The position numbers and the translations under genes were made by a program. A DNA stretch of 64,000 nucleotides from Podarcis vaucheri. Taxonomy: Eukaryota. Numbering within the stretch: the stretch's first letter is position 1; the number at the start of each line of letters is the position of its first letter. This document shows positions 10,077-23,259 of the stretch, one piece after another. Where the stretch lies: NCBI GenBank assembly GCA_965113315.1, contig OZ220375.1; one strand, 5' to 3'. The notes below the pieces were generated by a model. The model did not search any database. It saw nothing but the letters and a program-made list of their open reading frames with translations, and was not told the origin of the DNA.

Positions 10077-11476
10077 ATCAAATTACAAAAATGAACACTT
10101 CCTCCACAAAAAATTACAGGAAATGTGGCAGAAAAAAAACCCTTAAAATAATATAGCTAACACAAAGGGAGAGATAGAAAGCAGGGCCAGTCCCATCAGC
10201 TCTCTTGAGAGACTACCTTCATTGAGCACCTCCTTTCTTGGAATTATTGTAATATCATCTGGCCACCATACTAACTACTACAGCAATGTGCAGCCCCCAA
10301 AAGAACACAGAGTGCCCTGTTCCAACAAGTTTAAATATCAGTTCTTGAACATTCATTGGAGCAATTCCATACAACAAGGTCAACCACAGGCTGGGATTCA
10401 AATCACCTGTCCAGAAGAAGCTGAGTCCAAAAAAAAAGTATCTAGGTGAAGCCAAGGTCAAAGCACAATAAAGCTGTCCAAAATTAAGTTTATTTCCTGG
10501 CAAACAGAGCTTCTGGCAAACAGGAGATCTGCCAAGAGATAGGAAAGATCAGGCTACCAGCTTATGGAAACTAAAATACCTACACTTTTCTAGCAGCTAT
10601 GACATCTGAATTGAGGGCTTATATAAACTGATTTCTCCAATCATACTCAGTAGTAGCTGCAAGCACTTACGGTAATTCTGCTATTGATTCTTTGACTTGC
10701 AAGGAGGTCTTCAATTAGAAGTCATGGAGATTCTTTGGGCTTTGGGGCATGCACTTGTTACAAAGTGGCCACATGAGCCTGAATTTCCAGGCATTTCTGC
10801 TCTCTAGGGTTGAGTCAATTCAGTCTTCCACTCTAACTTAGACAGGGAATCTTCTAGCATTGCTGATATGGGACGCCTTAGAAGCATCCTTCCAAGGCAG
10901 TAACTGGAATCTAGTGAAGTATGTCTTCAGGTACTTGGGATCTCATTTGCCCCCAGGTTCTCTGGGCTCTGAGAAGCTTGGGGTATTCAGGCAAGCAAAC
11001 TGGGATCTGATCTTGGCCTGGCATATGGGGGAATAAACTGTCATGGGTTCACAAGACTGTGCATGCCAGCAATGTCCACAATGAGTCCACCACAATCTCC
11101 ATGCATTGAGTTGAAAGGGGATTTGACATCTTTCCGCAGGGCCTGCAAGATGGAGCTGTTCCACCAGGCCTTTGGTCCGGGCCCAGTCTGACCCCCTTCT
11201 TTCCATGAAACCCTGTATGTAAGTGGCCCTCTTGGCCCTTTCCATTGGCCCATATGGGACCAGCACAGGTGACTGGGCCTGGCAAATATTTAATATTCTT
11301 ACCTTCATGGCTGTGATTCGTGGGTTGGCCACTTAATTTTATTCTGATTTTACTGTGATTTTGAGCTGTATTTTAATCAATTGTTTGATTTTGTGTTATT
11401 AATGTATTATATATTTGGTGTTAGCCACCCTGAGCCAAGCCTTGGCCAGGGAGGGCAGGGTATAAATAATAAAATT

Positions 11477-11520
<44 letters not shown>
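11477..11520. repeat. (TAG)n microsatellite at the tail of a degraded LINE-like 3' end
   Basis: About 14 TAG units after GGGTATAAATAATAAA. Confidence 0.9.
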
Positions 11521-11808
11521 TTCATGCAATCCTCTGAAGAGAACCCTGTGCAGATAGTGCTCTTTGCTGCTCTTAGTGTGTTCACCCAAATGCTTGAAGA
11601 ATCTCCCTTCAGAATTTCCTGTTCAACATGGGATGACCAAGGTAGAATCAGCAGGAATGGGGATGTTGACAATGTGCCTGAGGTACATAGTTTCATGCCC
11701 CTTCCACACCTTATTCCCTCACACATACTTTGAGGGTCATGACCCTGGCTCATTCATCAGTTAATTACTTGAACTGCTTGTAACAAGATGGAGATGATGA
11801 CGACAGAA

Positions 11809-11985
11809 TAACAACAACAACAACAACAACAACAACAATAATAATAATAATAATAATAATAATTTATTATTTATACCCCGCCCATCTGGCTGGGTTACCT
11901 CAGCCACTCTGGGCAGCTTCCAACAAAATAATAAAATGCAGTAGTCCATCAAACATTAAAAGCTTCTCTAAACAGGGCTGTTTAG
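11809..11985 (-). repeat. (AAC)n(AAT)n microsatellite plus short LINE-like 3' fragment
   Basis: The ATACCCCGCCCATCTGGCTGGGTT..CAGCCACTCTGGGC motif recurs at about 35740, 46680 and 52850. Confidence 0.65.
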
Positions 11986-12011
11986 AAAACTAATAACAAG
12001 TTGCTTTAGAC

Positions 12012-12853
12012 CAGTGTTTCCCAACCTTTTTTGGGCAAAGGCACACTTGTTTCATGAAAAAAATCTCGAGGCACACCACCATGCCAGATGGGGAAAGGTC
12101 ACTTTTTACTTATGTAAAAATAAAATAAAAAAATAGTAACAGCATAGAAGGTATTGGTTAGGCTAGCATCCCTCTTCCAAATATGCTAGGTTTTTATTTG
12201 CAGGGACTGTTCTACATGGGAAAGCATTCAGCACTGTCATTCTCCCATCTGCCATCTGAATTGGTACTATTCTGGGTCAACTTACTCTGCTGCATGTGTA
12301 GATGAAAATGGCACCAAGTGTGGGGGAGGGGGCAGAACAGGTTTCAGATACAGGATATTAAGCATACACATACTTCAGATTGAACTGGTTGCTTGCTTTG
12401 CAAGTTTTCATTTCCCAAATGACTGCCTTGGCAAGCACAATACCTACCAGGCTCAACGCCGGTCTTGCGCTGCCGCTTCCTGCGATCTCAAGGACCCGGG
12501 AGGAGGAAGGCATGAAGGGAATCCCGAAGGCGCGAAAACCTCGTGCATGCGCAGGCCTTCCACCTGCGACAGCCCAGTAGGCCGGCCGAAGCGAGCGGCG
12601 ATGGGATGTGGGAGGGAGCTCGCTCGCCGCCCCGCGTGTGCCTATGTTGGGCACGTTACAGCCCCGTGACGTCAGTGCCACGCAGGCAGCCAGGCAGGCA
12701 GACGGTGACAGCCCCGCGCTGGGCGGCCTCTCCTCTCCTCGCCGCCACCGCCCCGCCTCTCGCCGCCCGACTCGCCCGACTCCCTCCCACGGCACACCAG
12801 GCAACGTCTCGCGGCACACTAGTGTGCCGCGGAACACCGGTTGGGAAACACTG
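12012..12853. mobile_element. Non-autonomous hAT (Charlie-like) DNA transposon
   Basis: 15-bp TIR CAGTGTTTCCCAACC/GGTTGGGAAACACTG and perfect 8-bp TSD CTTTAGAC (12004-12011, 12854-12861). The CpG-rich interior suggests a young copy. Confidence 0.92.
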
Positions 12854-13569
12854 CTTTAGACCACTGATCAGCCCAGTCCATTCTGACTGAGGACTTGAGC
12901 CCTTGAGGACCTCAGGAAGACAACCTTTCTCTGCTGTATCACTTGAAATCCTATTACCTGGGAACTGAATATTGGAAAGTCTGCATACATGATTTATAGC
13001 CAATGCTAGTTCTAATTAATTGACATGACTGACAGAGGACTATCACAGGTCCTTTATTTCAACTGGTTTACCCAATGTCCCATTCCCTTAGAACATATTT
13101 TCAATTATTTTAGTTCCATAAAGGATCTCCTCCTTTTCATTCCTGCTAATAATATCGCCAGAGCTCCATCACCGTGCTATAAAATCAGTAGAATATTTGC
13201 AGCAGGTCCTGACAGACATCATCACTCCATCTGATGATTTTGTAATCTCCATAGAACTGCCCCCTTGTTTCACTCTAACACACACAGACCTTTGTAACTC
13301 CAAACATGCTCTCCCTCTTTGACCTCTTCTGTCAAAGTAGCAGGGCACCTAGATATAGATGCTATGGTACTTTTCCATTTCTTTCCTCAAACAAAACGTG
13401 GCTATAATAAAGGTCTGTACAAGACATTCTAGCCTATTTTTTCTAACTACATCTTGCAGTTCTTTATTTTTTCCTCTGAGATGATGTTAATTCTCTGGGC
13501 GAAACTGCCACAGGGAGTTCCAGGTTAAGTCTTTAGCAAACACTTGTTTTGGATAATGAGCTTTGCTGG

Positions 13570-14372
13570 TGAGTGAAGTTTGCAGCCGATGTGGCACTTC
13601 CGATGTGGACACACCGCACAGTGGACGCTGTGCACATTCTCCTCAGCCACCACAAAGGCTCACGGGTTCCCACCAAACCCGGTTTTCAAATTGGGCCAAT
13701 CTGCGGTGGCCTGGGGGGACATGGTTTGGTGAGCAGACCTGAGTTGGGCAGGCTTCACTCAGGTCTGCCCCGCAGATATATATCCCAGCCGACACAGTGC
13801 TCTTCATCCAGTCGGTCAGGCATGTCACCCACCCTTTCCCTCCTCACATTAATTCTTGCTGCTTTAACCATTTTTTCTTACAGCTAGGAGGGCTTTGCTG
13901 TGGTTTTATGACAGTCACTGTATTTGGGGCCAGGAAGGAATTTTCCCTGCGCTGCAAGTTTCACCTTCCCTTTAGCACTAATCACAAGTTGGTGTTTTAG
14001 GCCTTGGGCAGAATCCTATAGTTTTCATCCAATTGTGGGGTGGTGGAGTGGTGATTCACCCCCTCCCCGGTTTCTGTGGGGGCGATAACAGGGTAACTGG
14101 TTAGAGGGGTTTGTAGGGAAGTCTCTGTCCAAAGAGCCAGTTGCTTAGGGTCAGTGGGCTATAGAGCTTCCCTCAGCATTTGGGGGGCAATCTGCGTAAA
14201 CCTGCATTTTGAAATTGACCCACCCTCAAATAGACCCTGTCATCCCTCAGTTCCCCAACAGGTAGCTGAGTGGGATATATGCCCGATGCCTGTTCCAAGG
14301 CTTTTTACATCTGAAATCAATAAAGTTGTGGCCATTTTAAATCCTAGACAGTTGTTGTGTCCATTCATTTAA
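13570..14372 (+). mobile_element. LTR-like repeat distantly related to 5989-6770
   Basis: TATATAT box, GG(A)AGGAATTT motif and ATCAATAAAGTTGTGGCC in the same order as in the 5989/29362 family. It interrupts OR upstream module copy B. Boundaries are approximate. Confidence 0.5.
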
Positions 14373-14897
14373 CCCCCCCCCCCCGGAGTCAGGTGTGCCA
14401 GGTGGTGGTGGGGGACTATGCAGCTGAGCATGCAATATAAGGACAAATGGGACCTTGTGATGGAATGAACATCTTTCTTCTTAAAATGGTAGCAAAGCTT
14501 CCTTGCCTCTTCCCCTCTATAGATTGGAATGAAGTATTATAGATAAGACACATGAAATTCTCCAATGAAAACATGTCAGTGGGTAAAAAGAATAAAAGTT
14601 GGAAGTCTTAATGAGAGCTAAAATAAACCCCAACCTAGTTCATGAGGTCACATAGTAGAATTGATGGCAATAGACTCAGCACACAAGTTTGAACTCTTGA
14701 CATTTTTATATTGTTGTAACTAGTCTTGGGACCTTATGGTGTGGGGCTGGTTAAGAAATCTAATTACTGCTCCTAAATAACAAGAACAAGAGCAAAGAGA
14801 AAAACAACATTTCACACAGTGTAGAATTAGGATTCAAGAGGCAGTAGTGATGGACACTGGCTTGGGTGTTTTTAAAGGGGGGTATTGCAATTCTTCA

Positions 14898-15359
14898 ATA
14901 CCCAGTAGTGATGTATGGAAGTGAGTTTTCCCAGTAGTGATGTATGGAAGTGAGAGCTGGACCATAAAGAAGGCTGATCGCCGAAGAATTGATGCTTTTG
15001 AATTATGGTGCTGGAGAAGACTCAAGAGTCCCATGGACTGCAAGAAGATCAAACGTATCCATTCTTAAGGAAATCAGCCCTGAGTGATCACTGGAAGGAC
15101 AGATTGTGAAGCTGAGGCTCCAATACTTTGGCCAGCTCATGAGAAGAGAACACTTCCTGGAAAAGACCCTGATGTTGGGACAGATGGAGGGCACAAGGAG
15201 AAGGGGATGACAGAGGACAAGATGGTTGGACAGTGTTCTCGAAGCTACAAACATGAGTCTGACCAAACTGCGGGAGGCAGTGGAAGACAGGAGTGCCTGG
15301 CGTGCTCTGGTCCATGGGGTCATGAAGAGTCGGACACGACTAAACGACTAAACAACAAC
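14898..15359 (+). mobile_element. Bov-B (RTE) LINE, 5'-truncated 3' fragment
   Basis: FPVVMYGSESWTIKKA..RRIDAFELWCWRR, degenerate downstream; (CAA)n tail; 14-bp TSD ATTGCAATTCTTCA (14884-14897, 15360-15373). Confidence 0.92.
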
Positions 15360-15866
15360 ATTGCAATTCTTCAGGGGAGCACACTCTATCAGTCAGAATG
15401 TCTGGTTTTAATAATTATTTTAACTGTATAATGTATTTTATTTTGTTTTTATTCTATTTAATGTATTTTATCTTTTTGTAAAGACTTCGGCTATACTAAA
15501 TGAAGGAAGGAAGGAACGAATGCATTTATTCCTCTTCAATGAATTCAACACAACTTCCAATGCCTTCCCATTTTTTCCCTTAAAGCAACACAGTTACAGA
15601 CTAGTAAGAAGCTGCTCCACCAGAAGGGATACACAATGTGTGATATGTATGTGTGTTATGTGATTCTGTGCATGTTTCTGAACCAGCCCAGGCTTGTTTT
15701 CTTATCTCTTCTTTCATTACCACATGAAAATTATCTTCCTCCCCATAGTAGATTGAAAATATTTGGTCTCTGCTGCCTACCAGAGGAGGGAACAGTTCAA
15801 CAATGAAAAGAACTGCCTAGGGAAAGGGAGGGCTCTCAAGCACTAGGGATCTTCTAATAGACTGTA

Positions 15867-16092
15867 CAGTGGTACCTCAGGTTAAGAACTTAATTCGTTC
15901 CGGAGGTCCGTTCTTAACCTGAAACTGTTCTTAACCTGAAGCACCACTTTAGCTAATGGGGCCTCCTCCTGCTGCTGCGCTGCAGCTGCACGATTTCTGT
16001 TCTCATCCTGAAGCAAAGTTCTTAACCCGAGGTAATATTTCTGGGTTAGCGGAGTCTGTAACCTGAAACGTATGTAACCCGGGGTCCCACTG
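15867..16092. mobile_element. Tc1/mariner (Tigger-like) MITE
   Basis: TIR CAGTGGTACCTC..; TA flanks; reverse-orientation relative of 25689-25931. Confidence 0.85.
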
Positions 16093-17906
16093 TAGAGCAA
16101 TTTGCTGGTGATGCTCTAGCTCTGGATCCCCTTCATGGAGAAGGTGGTTTGATCAGATGGACTACAATTCCAGGCTCCCCCTCTCATCTATGTCTTTTGT
16201 TTATCCAACACAGATTATATGTAAACCTTAATGAGAAAGATATATATTGAGAAATTGCTCTGCATGGTCTGAGGAATGGAGGTCAGTGGGAGAGTCTATC
16301 TGCTGCATGAGTTCTCTCATACAATTCCATGCGCTGAATTCTGAAATTCCCCTGAGGTCATACATACACATCTGAGCCCATTGCCATTTGTTCCAGACTA
16401 CATTTGCTGGAAGGGGATTTCTACAAAGCTAAGGTTGTTCCAAATAACAGTATTCACTCCATCAGATTCATGATTTGAAACAAAACAAAAGGAAAAAGGA
16501 AGTAGGAGATCTAGAAGGGTGGGATGGTATAATCCAATGACTTCGACAAATAAACTCTGATGTCATCTTGTCCAGGAAACTGCAAAGGACACCCTCTCAG
16601 AATAACAATATATTGTTTATTTCCATTATGTAGATGAGAAAGAGAGCAATGAGTAGAGAAATATTGTCTGTTGAGGTGGTTCTCCAAGGTGGTTCTGTTA
16701 ATCCCAGTGTATCTTCTCTAGAGCAAATGATGCTTGTAGCTTGCAGTTTAAGAGTATCCATGAGGCCTAATCTAAGCATGCAGTAGAATTTGGAAGCAGA
16801 CTTATTCCCCAGTCCTTGGAAGAACACAATTTGCAAAGACCAGCATGGCCCCAATTATGGGCCAGTGAATGAGCAACTGTAAGGAGTTTGCTTTCCTCCT
16901 CTCTTCCTAAAAAAATACCGAGAAGTCAAGTGTCCTTTGTCAAAGTGAGGGGAAGGAAATTCTTGTCTCTGCCACTGGCCACAGGAACAAGGTCTACTGA
17001 ATATATATATATCTCCCTATATTTATAAAAAAGGTAAGGCTTCTGTCATGTTGCAGTTGATGCAGCTGCCAAAGAGTAAACTGTTCAGTAAAACTCTTCC
17101 CTCAACTAAAACATGGCTGCATCAAGGTTTAACGGAGGGGGGGGGTTAAAAGAGAGTTTTAGAAAACTGCTCTGTGAAGGCTTTCCCTTTTTATTAATCA
17201 TAGTTGCAGTGAGATTTAATGGAGGGGAGAGACTCTTCAGAAAACTGCTGTCTGAAGTTCCTCCTCCCTTCTTTAAAAGTGGGAGATTGTTGTAATGAGC
17301 TGTGAAGGGCAGAGAAAAGGATTGGAGAGGGGATAGAGATAGAGATAGAGATTGGTGAGGTGTAAAGGGAAGGTGTTTTGCCAGGTGTAAATTGGGGGAG
17401 GGGGGTTCACTAGGTTAGCAGGGAGGAGGATTGGCAAAGGGATTGGCTGGTAGAGTGACCATGGGCTGCAGCCCCTAGTATTTCTCTCTCTGTGTGTGTA
17501 ATGCTCTTTTAATTATTCTGCATTTTTAAAAAAATTAAAGGGGGCCTATGAATCTGCAAATAAAATAATAATAATAATAAATATGGAAGACTGAGATGGT
17601 ACAGTAGGCTTTACCATATCAGCCTGCAGATTGGGGATGTGACACGTTACTGAATGTTCCTCAACGAACAAACAGCAACCCTGCAAGTTAGAAGAAAGTT
17701 GAATATGGGTCCACTACCTTCAACACCCTGCGGCTGTTTTCTGTCTCTACCTGTAGACAGGGGAGAGATGCATGCTATGGAACATTAAAATCTGATATCC
17801 TGCCTACAGTCTAGAGTGTCACAGTGTCCCCCTGATTTCATTGGTCTTTTTAATAGAAAAAAAGATAAGCAAGCTGCAGATCACTACTGAACAGTTCTAC
17901 TGTTTT

Positions 17907-18890
17907 CTACTGGGGCTGGATTCCCTGAGTTCTACTCAATGGCACTAAATGGTTGATGGTTGTCCAAAGGGCTTCCTTGAACTCTCTGTTCCTCAGGCTG
18001 TAGATGAAGGGATTGAACATGGGAGTCAGGATTGTGTAGAAAACAGAGAAGACTTTGTTCAGGTCCCTCAGTGTGTCAGTCTTAGGTAATATGTACACTA
18101 TGATTAGGGTCCCATAGAAAATGGTGACCACAATAAGATGAGAGGAGCAGGTAGAAAATGCTTTACTCCTGCCACTGTTTGAAGGGATTTGCAAAATGGT
18201 GCTGATGATGCAAACGTATGAAGCGAAGGTCAGCATCATTGGTGGCATGGTGCATGCCGATCCCAAGACTGACATCACAATTTCTGTATGCTGAGTTTCA
18301 CTACAGGAGAGCATTAACAATGGTTCATAATCACAAAAGAAATGGTCAATTTCATTGGGGCCACAAAATTTCAGCTGTGAAGCAAAAAATGTTGTAAATG
18401 CACTAGCCACAATGCCAGTCATCCAAGAAGCTAGAGACAACTGAACACACAACCTGTTGTTCATAAGAGTCACATAATGTAGTGGTTTGCATATGGCTAA
18501 ATACCTGTCATAAGACATTGCAGATAAAAGATAGCTTTCTGCTCCAGCCAAGAAAGCAAAGAAATAGAACTGAAGGAAACACCCACTAAAGGAAATTCTA
18601 TGGTAGTCATTTATAATACTAGCCAAGATTCTAGGGAGGATTGTTGAGGTGTAGCAGGTATCTAAAACAGACAGGTTCCCCAGGAAAAAGTACATGGGCT
18701 TGTGGAGATTATGATTGGCTAGGACTACTGCAGCTATAAGGAGGTTTCCAACCATTGTCACCATGTAGATTACTAAAAATATAATAAAGAGCAGAGTCTG
18801 CAGTTCAGGAAGCGACTTGAACCCTAGGATGATAAATTCTGTCACTGTTGTTTGATTATCCTTTTCTCTTTTTTCCATGAGTTGCTTCAT
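17907..18890 (-). CDS. Olfactory receptor, class II (paralogue of 7501-8490), intact, about 327 aa
   Basis: EFIILGF, LHKPMYFFLGNLS, MSYDRYLAICKPLHY, KAFSTCSSHL and PMFNPFIYSLRN; sequon NQT. Start placed at MKQL (18890), after the acceptor TTTATCTTTTTTAG. Confidence 0.95.
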   Translation of the reverse strand: MKQLMEKREKDNQTTVTEFIILGFKSLPELQTLLFIIFLVIYMVTMVGNLLIAAVVLANHNLHKPMYFFLGNLSVLDTCYTSTILPRILASIINDYHRISFSGCFLQFYFFAFLAGAESYLLSAMSYDRYLAICKPLHYVTLMNNRLCVQLSLASWMTGIVASAFTTFFASQLKFCGPNEIDHFFCDYEPLLMLSCSETQHTEIVMSVLGSACTMPPMMLTFASYVCIISTILQIPSNSGRSKAFSTCSSHLIVVTIFYGTLIIVYILPKTDTLRDLNKVFSVFYTILTPMFNPFIYSLRNREFKEALWTTINHLVPLSRTQGIQPQ

Positions 18891-18983
18891 CCCATAACTA
18901 AAAAAGATAAAAAATGGAAAAAGCCAATAGTTGGAAAAAATTGAATGAATGACAGTTTCACAACTCCCCTCGCCCCTTGCGCG

Positions 18984-18984
<1 letters not shown>

Positions 18985-19016
<32 letters not shown>

Positions 19017-19035
19017 TGTGTGTGTTTGTGTGTGT
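18985..19035. repeat. (TC)n(TG)n microsatellite
   Basis: Seen directly. Confidence 0.9.
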
Positions 19036-21053
19036 TTACATTTGGTTACCACTCCAAACTGATGCCCACAACGGCCAGGTAAGTTGTGTTGTGTATGAGT
19101 TCCTTTTGGTGCACTTATGGAAGCTCATTAGAACCTTTATTAACACCCCTGGATACTTAGCATGTGGAGAATGACAAATTCTGTTTCTCATTATTATAAA
19201 AGTCTGTTATGCGATGGAGAGATGGAAAAGTTAAACAGCCATTGGCTACATGCTGTTAGAGATCATGTCTTTCTAGAGCTTATGTCTAATGCAAAATAGG
19301 AAGAAGAATGGCCCAGATAATCTTCCTATGTGATTCCTGTGGTCATACAGGTTCCATTAGCATCATAGGAGAGATGCATTGCAATTAATTCTAAAGCTTA
19401 GCTACAATGTGCATCATCAACATACAAATATTTCATGAAAGAAAGGGCATTTCATTTTTTATAATACAGATACCAAATTTTAGTAGATACATATGATGGT
19501 AAAGATGTTCCAGCTCAGCACCTCCACTTCTGGAACCAGTGTAGCTTTTAGACATTTTATTGAAAAGCACTATTGTTTAGTCTAATTCCAGGAACAGAGG
19601 CAGTAAATTGCAATTTATGAGACTCATGTAAGAACATATGAAAATCTCAGCTGATCAGTGGCCCATCAAGGCCAGCATCCAATTTCCCTCCGTGACCAAA
19701 CAAATGCCTCTAGGAAGTCCACAAGCAGGAATAAGATAGTTATAAATTAACATATCTGGTGAGATATCATCATGTCACTGCATTCATGTGAACAAGAGGT
19801 TGTCACCCTTTTCTGGCAACTATGGAAGGACCGAATTTGGAAATATACAAATATAATCCACGATACCTTGGATCGGTGGTGGCTCAAAATGTTCAAAATG
19901 CTATTCATGCAGTGCTGTTCTTTTCAAACGTAATCATGACCAAACTGAACACTTCACAAATCAAACTTATTGGCAGTATAATTGTCTTCCCACCCCATGC
20001 CAGTAGACTTTACCTTCACTTTGAGGAGATGTGGAGTGAACTTTCTGACAATATGTCATCCATATTTTGTTTCCAGAAGTCAGTGAGACCCCATTATAGC
20101 ATGCTGCCTTGGGATTGCTGGCTAACTACCATATTAAGCTGGAGGAGGGAGCAGTGCACTGCAAGGCACAAAGAAATAAGGCATAGCAACTGTCTTGAGA
20201 TCTTATAAGGATCTAGTTCCTGTGCAAAGCAATTATAAGATACAGCAGTGAGGAATGAGAGAGAATTGAATTCAGTTTACATTTAAGGGCAAATTTACAT
20301 GATTGACAGATTCCAAAATAATACACAATCTGAAACACATCCATCCTTCAAAATTTGTAGTGAATTTTGCAGTGCAGTTTACCAGCCAAGTAATGTGCAC
20401 AAAATGCATGTTCTTGGGTAAAATATGTGTTTAAATGCTTATATAAGTGAAAACGGCATACCAAAATGCATTACATATGGGGAAATTGCTTTCCGAAAAT
20501 GAACATGAGACAAAATTGCATATTAAAATCTGTATATTTTGATATTTTTTTACAGGATTTCTAGTAAAAAGTGTAAATTGATGTGGAGAACAGAATTTAA
20601 GAGTGAAGAAAAATGAGAAACTGTGAGAACTGAAATGGTCAGATTCACCCATTTTTTATCGTAGCTATTTGCAAACCAATAATGATTACAACACATATTT
20701 TAAAGCAGCCACCAACCACTGACCTATCTAGTCCCTTCTGACTCTCAAATATAACAACCAGTGGACTTTTATAGCTCTATCACCTGATATCCTTTTCTTT
20801 GCAAAATGCTAGATAAAACTTAAGCACTTCAGTGCTTCAACAACATGCAACGGGACCTCACATAATGAGACAGAACTCCCTTAAGAGTGATTCTATTCTG
20901 TATTATGTAAACAGTTCTATAAATGTTCTCACTGGCACTCTTTTCTTTGCTGTAAAATCAACAGAATAGTTGCAAAAGGTTCTGAGAGGTCAAGATCCCA
21001 ATGTGATAATTTTGTAATACCTCTAGAACTCTCTCTACTCTTCTCTCTTTTTC

Positions 21054-21054
21054 A

Positions 21055-21112
<58 letters not shown>
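21054..21112. repeat. (CA)n(GA)n microsatellite
   Basis: Seen directly. Confidence 0.9.
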
Positions 21113-21115
<3 letters not shown>

Positions 21116-22491
21116 TTGTACCTTCAAACAAGATTCCTCCTCTCTCAGCATATCAGTAACCCAGTATATGGATTTTATGGTATATTTTCATTTCCTACAC
21201 AAAATGTCTATCTATGTGATAAGCAACAAAATGAGATGTTCCAGGCTGCAATCTCTGACTACCTCTTGTGGCTATTTATATTTTTTTTTTCTGAGAAAAT
21301 GCTGTCTCTGGACACCTCTGCCACAGAGGATACTGTTCAGCTTTTGGGACACTCATTTTAGGGGGGGGGAAATATCTAGGAGGGGGAATTGACTGAAAGA
21401 ACTCATTATTAAAGTGAGAGAGAAGCAGTGTGTGCATGTTTTTGTGTACCTTTTAAAATTATAGATTTGAAATGTGACACGGTAAACTCACATAAAATCA
21501 CCTGATGAGAATATGCCAATGCAGAAAGAATTACACCATGATTCAAAGTGTGATATCTCTGATCTTATAACACTAGGCGATGTGCTCAAATTATTGGCAA
21601 TAACATTATTGGAACAGACCACTTTATAGAATTCCAGGTTAGAATTTGATGCCATACGAAATAGTTAATGGGGATTTGTGCTGCACTCCCAGCAGAGGTT
21701 TCCCTCTCAATGCATTTTTAAACTTGCCTTTTATCAGAGGAAATCAGGGCAGCATACATGCCGTCTTCAAATGATTTGTTTAATTACGAATAGAGAGAAA
21801 CATGGATGCAGTTAAGTTGTTACAATCTTTGGTTACACAGTGCTTGCATAATAAACACCAACATTGCTACAGATCTTTTAAATGTAGATGGAGTGCAACA
21901 CAAGTGGAAGTGCGAATGGACCACAAGAATTTGGAGTACAAGGGAGCAGGGAGCACGTGGTGAAATGGGATGGGTTGTCCCTGCAAATGTTCCTTATGTG
22001 CGAGCATATCAGCTTCCCAGATGGAATAATCTCTGCTCCCCCATGCTGTTCTGGGTGATCTCCTGGCAATACCTCCTGAACAAAAAAAAACCACCAAATA
22101 AATAAACAACACATCGAGCATTTCCTTTAAAATGTAAAAATCCCCCCTCCCAGATGAATATGTTGGCCTCCCAAAAGAGGACATGTCCAGGATTTCCTAG
22201 ATATATGGCGACCCTATCTGAGCACCCTGACAAACCAACATCACCCTCTTCTCCATATGGTTCACAGTTCAGCTGGAGATATGCTGCCATATCTCCCTCA
22301 TCATGGCTCAGTCAAGACCCAGACCGCTGACTTGAGCCTGGCAGATCTTAAGCTGGCATAAGCCCTAAAAAGGGAGAATCCTGGGGAAATGGTAGAGCAG
22401 AATCCGAGGGACTGGACCCTAAACCCATACATCTGACCTGACAACCCCACATAAATTAAGCCAACAAATAAGGTGGTCTAACCTAAACAGT

Positions 22492-22981
22492 TAAAAAGCA
22501 GAGACATCACCTTGCCAACAAAGGTCCGTATAGTTAAAGCTGTGGTTTTCCCAGTAGTGATGTATGGAAGTGAGAGCTGGACCATAAAGGAGGCTGATCA
22601 CCGAAGAATTGATGCTTTTGAATTATGGTGCTGGAGGAGACTCTTGAGAGTCCGATGGACTGCAAGAAGATCAAGCCTCTCCATTCTGAAGGAAATCAGC
22701 CCTGAGTGCTCACTAGAAGGACAGATCGTGAAGCTGAGGCTCCAATACTTTGGCCACATCATGAGAAGAGAAGACTCCCTGGAAAAGACCCTGATGTTGG
22801 GAAAGATGGAGGGCACAAAGAGAAGGGGACGACAGAGGGCGAGATGGTTGGATAGTGTTCTCGAAGCTACCAGCATGAGTTTGACTAAACTGCGGGAGGC
22901 AGTGGAAGACAGAAGTGGCTGGCATGCTCTGGTCCATGGGGTCACGAAGAGTTGGACATGACTAAACGACTAAACAACAAC
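22492..22981 (+). mobile_element. Bov-B (RTE) LINE, 5'-truncated 3' fragment
   Basis: ORF 22512..22961 is the RTE ORF C-terminus (FPVVMYGSESWT..LEKTLMLGKMEG..RWLD); (CAA)n tail; TSD AACCTAAACAGT at 22480-22491 and 22982-22993. Confidence 0.93.
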
Positions 22982-23259
22982 AACCTAAACAGTATTTGAA
23001 GGCTCTGCCACGCTTAGGCCAGCTCAGTCAGCCAAAGCCCTGTTCCAGAAAAGAGTTTGAATCAGAAATGCTTTACCCTGGCTTAACATAACTTTATGCC
23101 AGCTTCCCATGTATAGGATTGCTCCCTATTTTAAAATTTTATTTTAATGCACATGACTAATGTAGGTTCATATATTTTCCTAGGTCTGCTCTATGTAAAA
23201 CTTAATTTGATACAACATATTATCAAATTTGGAAAAGTTTTCCAGATATCCCTGGATAG

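Noticed and set aside
10500-11330. ORF 10943..11332 and neighbours as a gene or OR remnant
   Set aside because: No OR or other known motifs; probably an old repeat.
12358-12890. GC-rich overlapping ORFs or a CpG-island promoter (also 31047-31412, 42521-42988, 55957-56337)
   Set aside because: All lie within, or largely within, TIR-bounded non-autonomous DNA transposons.
18891-19052. 54-aa N-terminal extension of OR2 in the ORF track (THTHTH/ERERER)
   Set aside because: It is a translated microsatellite upstream of a good splice acceptor. The real start is probably 18890. The same applies to 8491-8550 for OR1.
22512-22961. 149-aa ORF upstream of gene A as a host gene
   Set aside because: It is the C-terminus of the Bov-B ORF inside a TSD-bounded truncated insertion.
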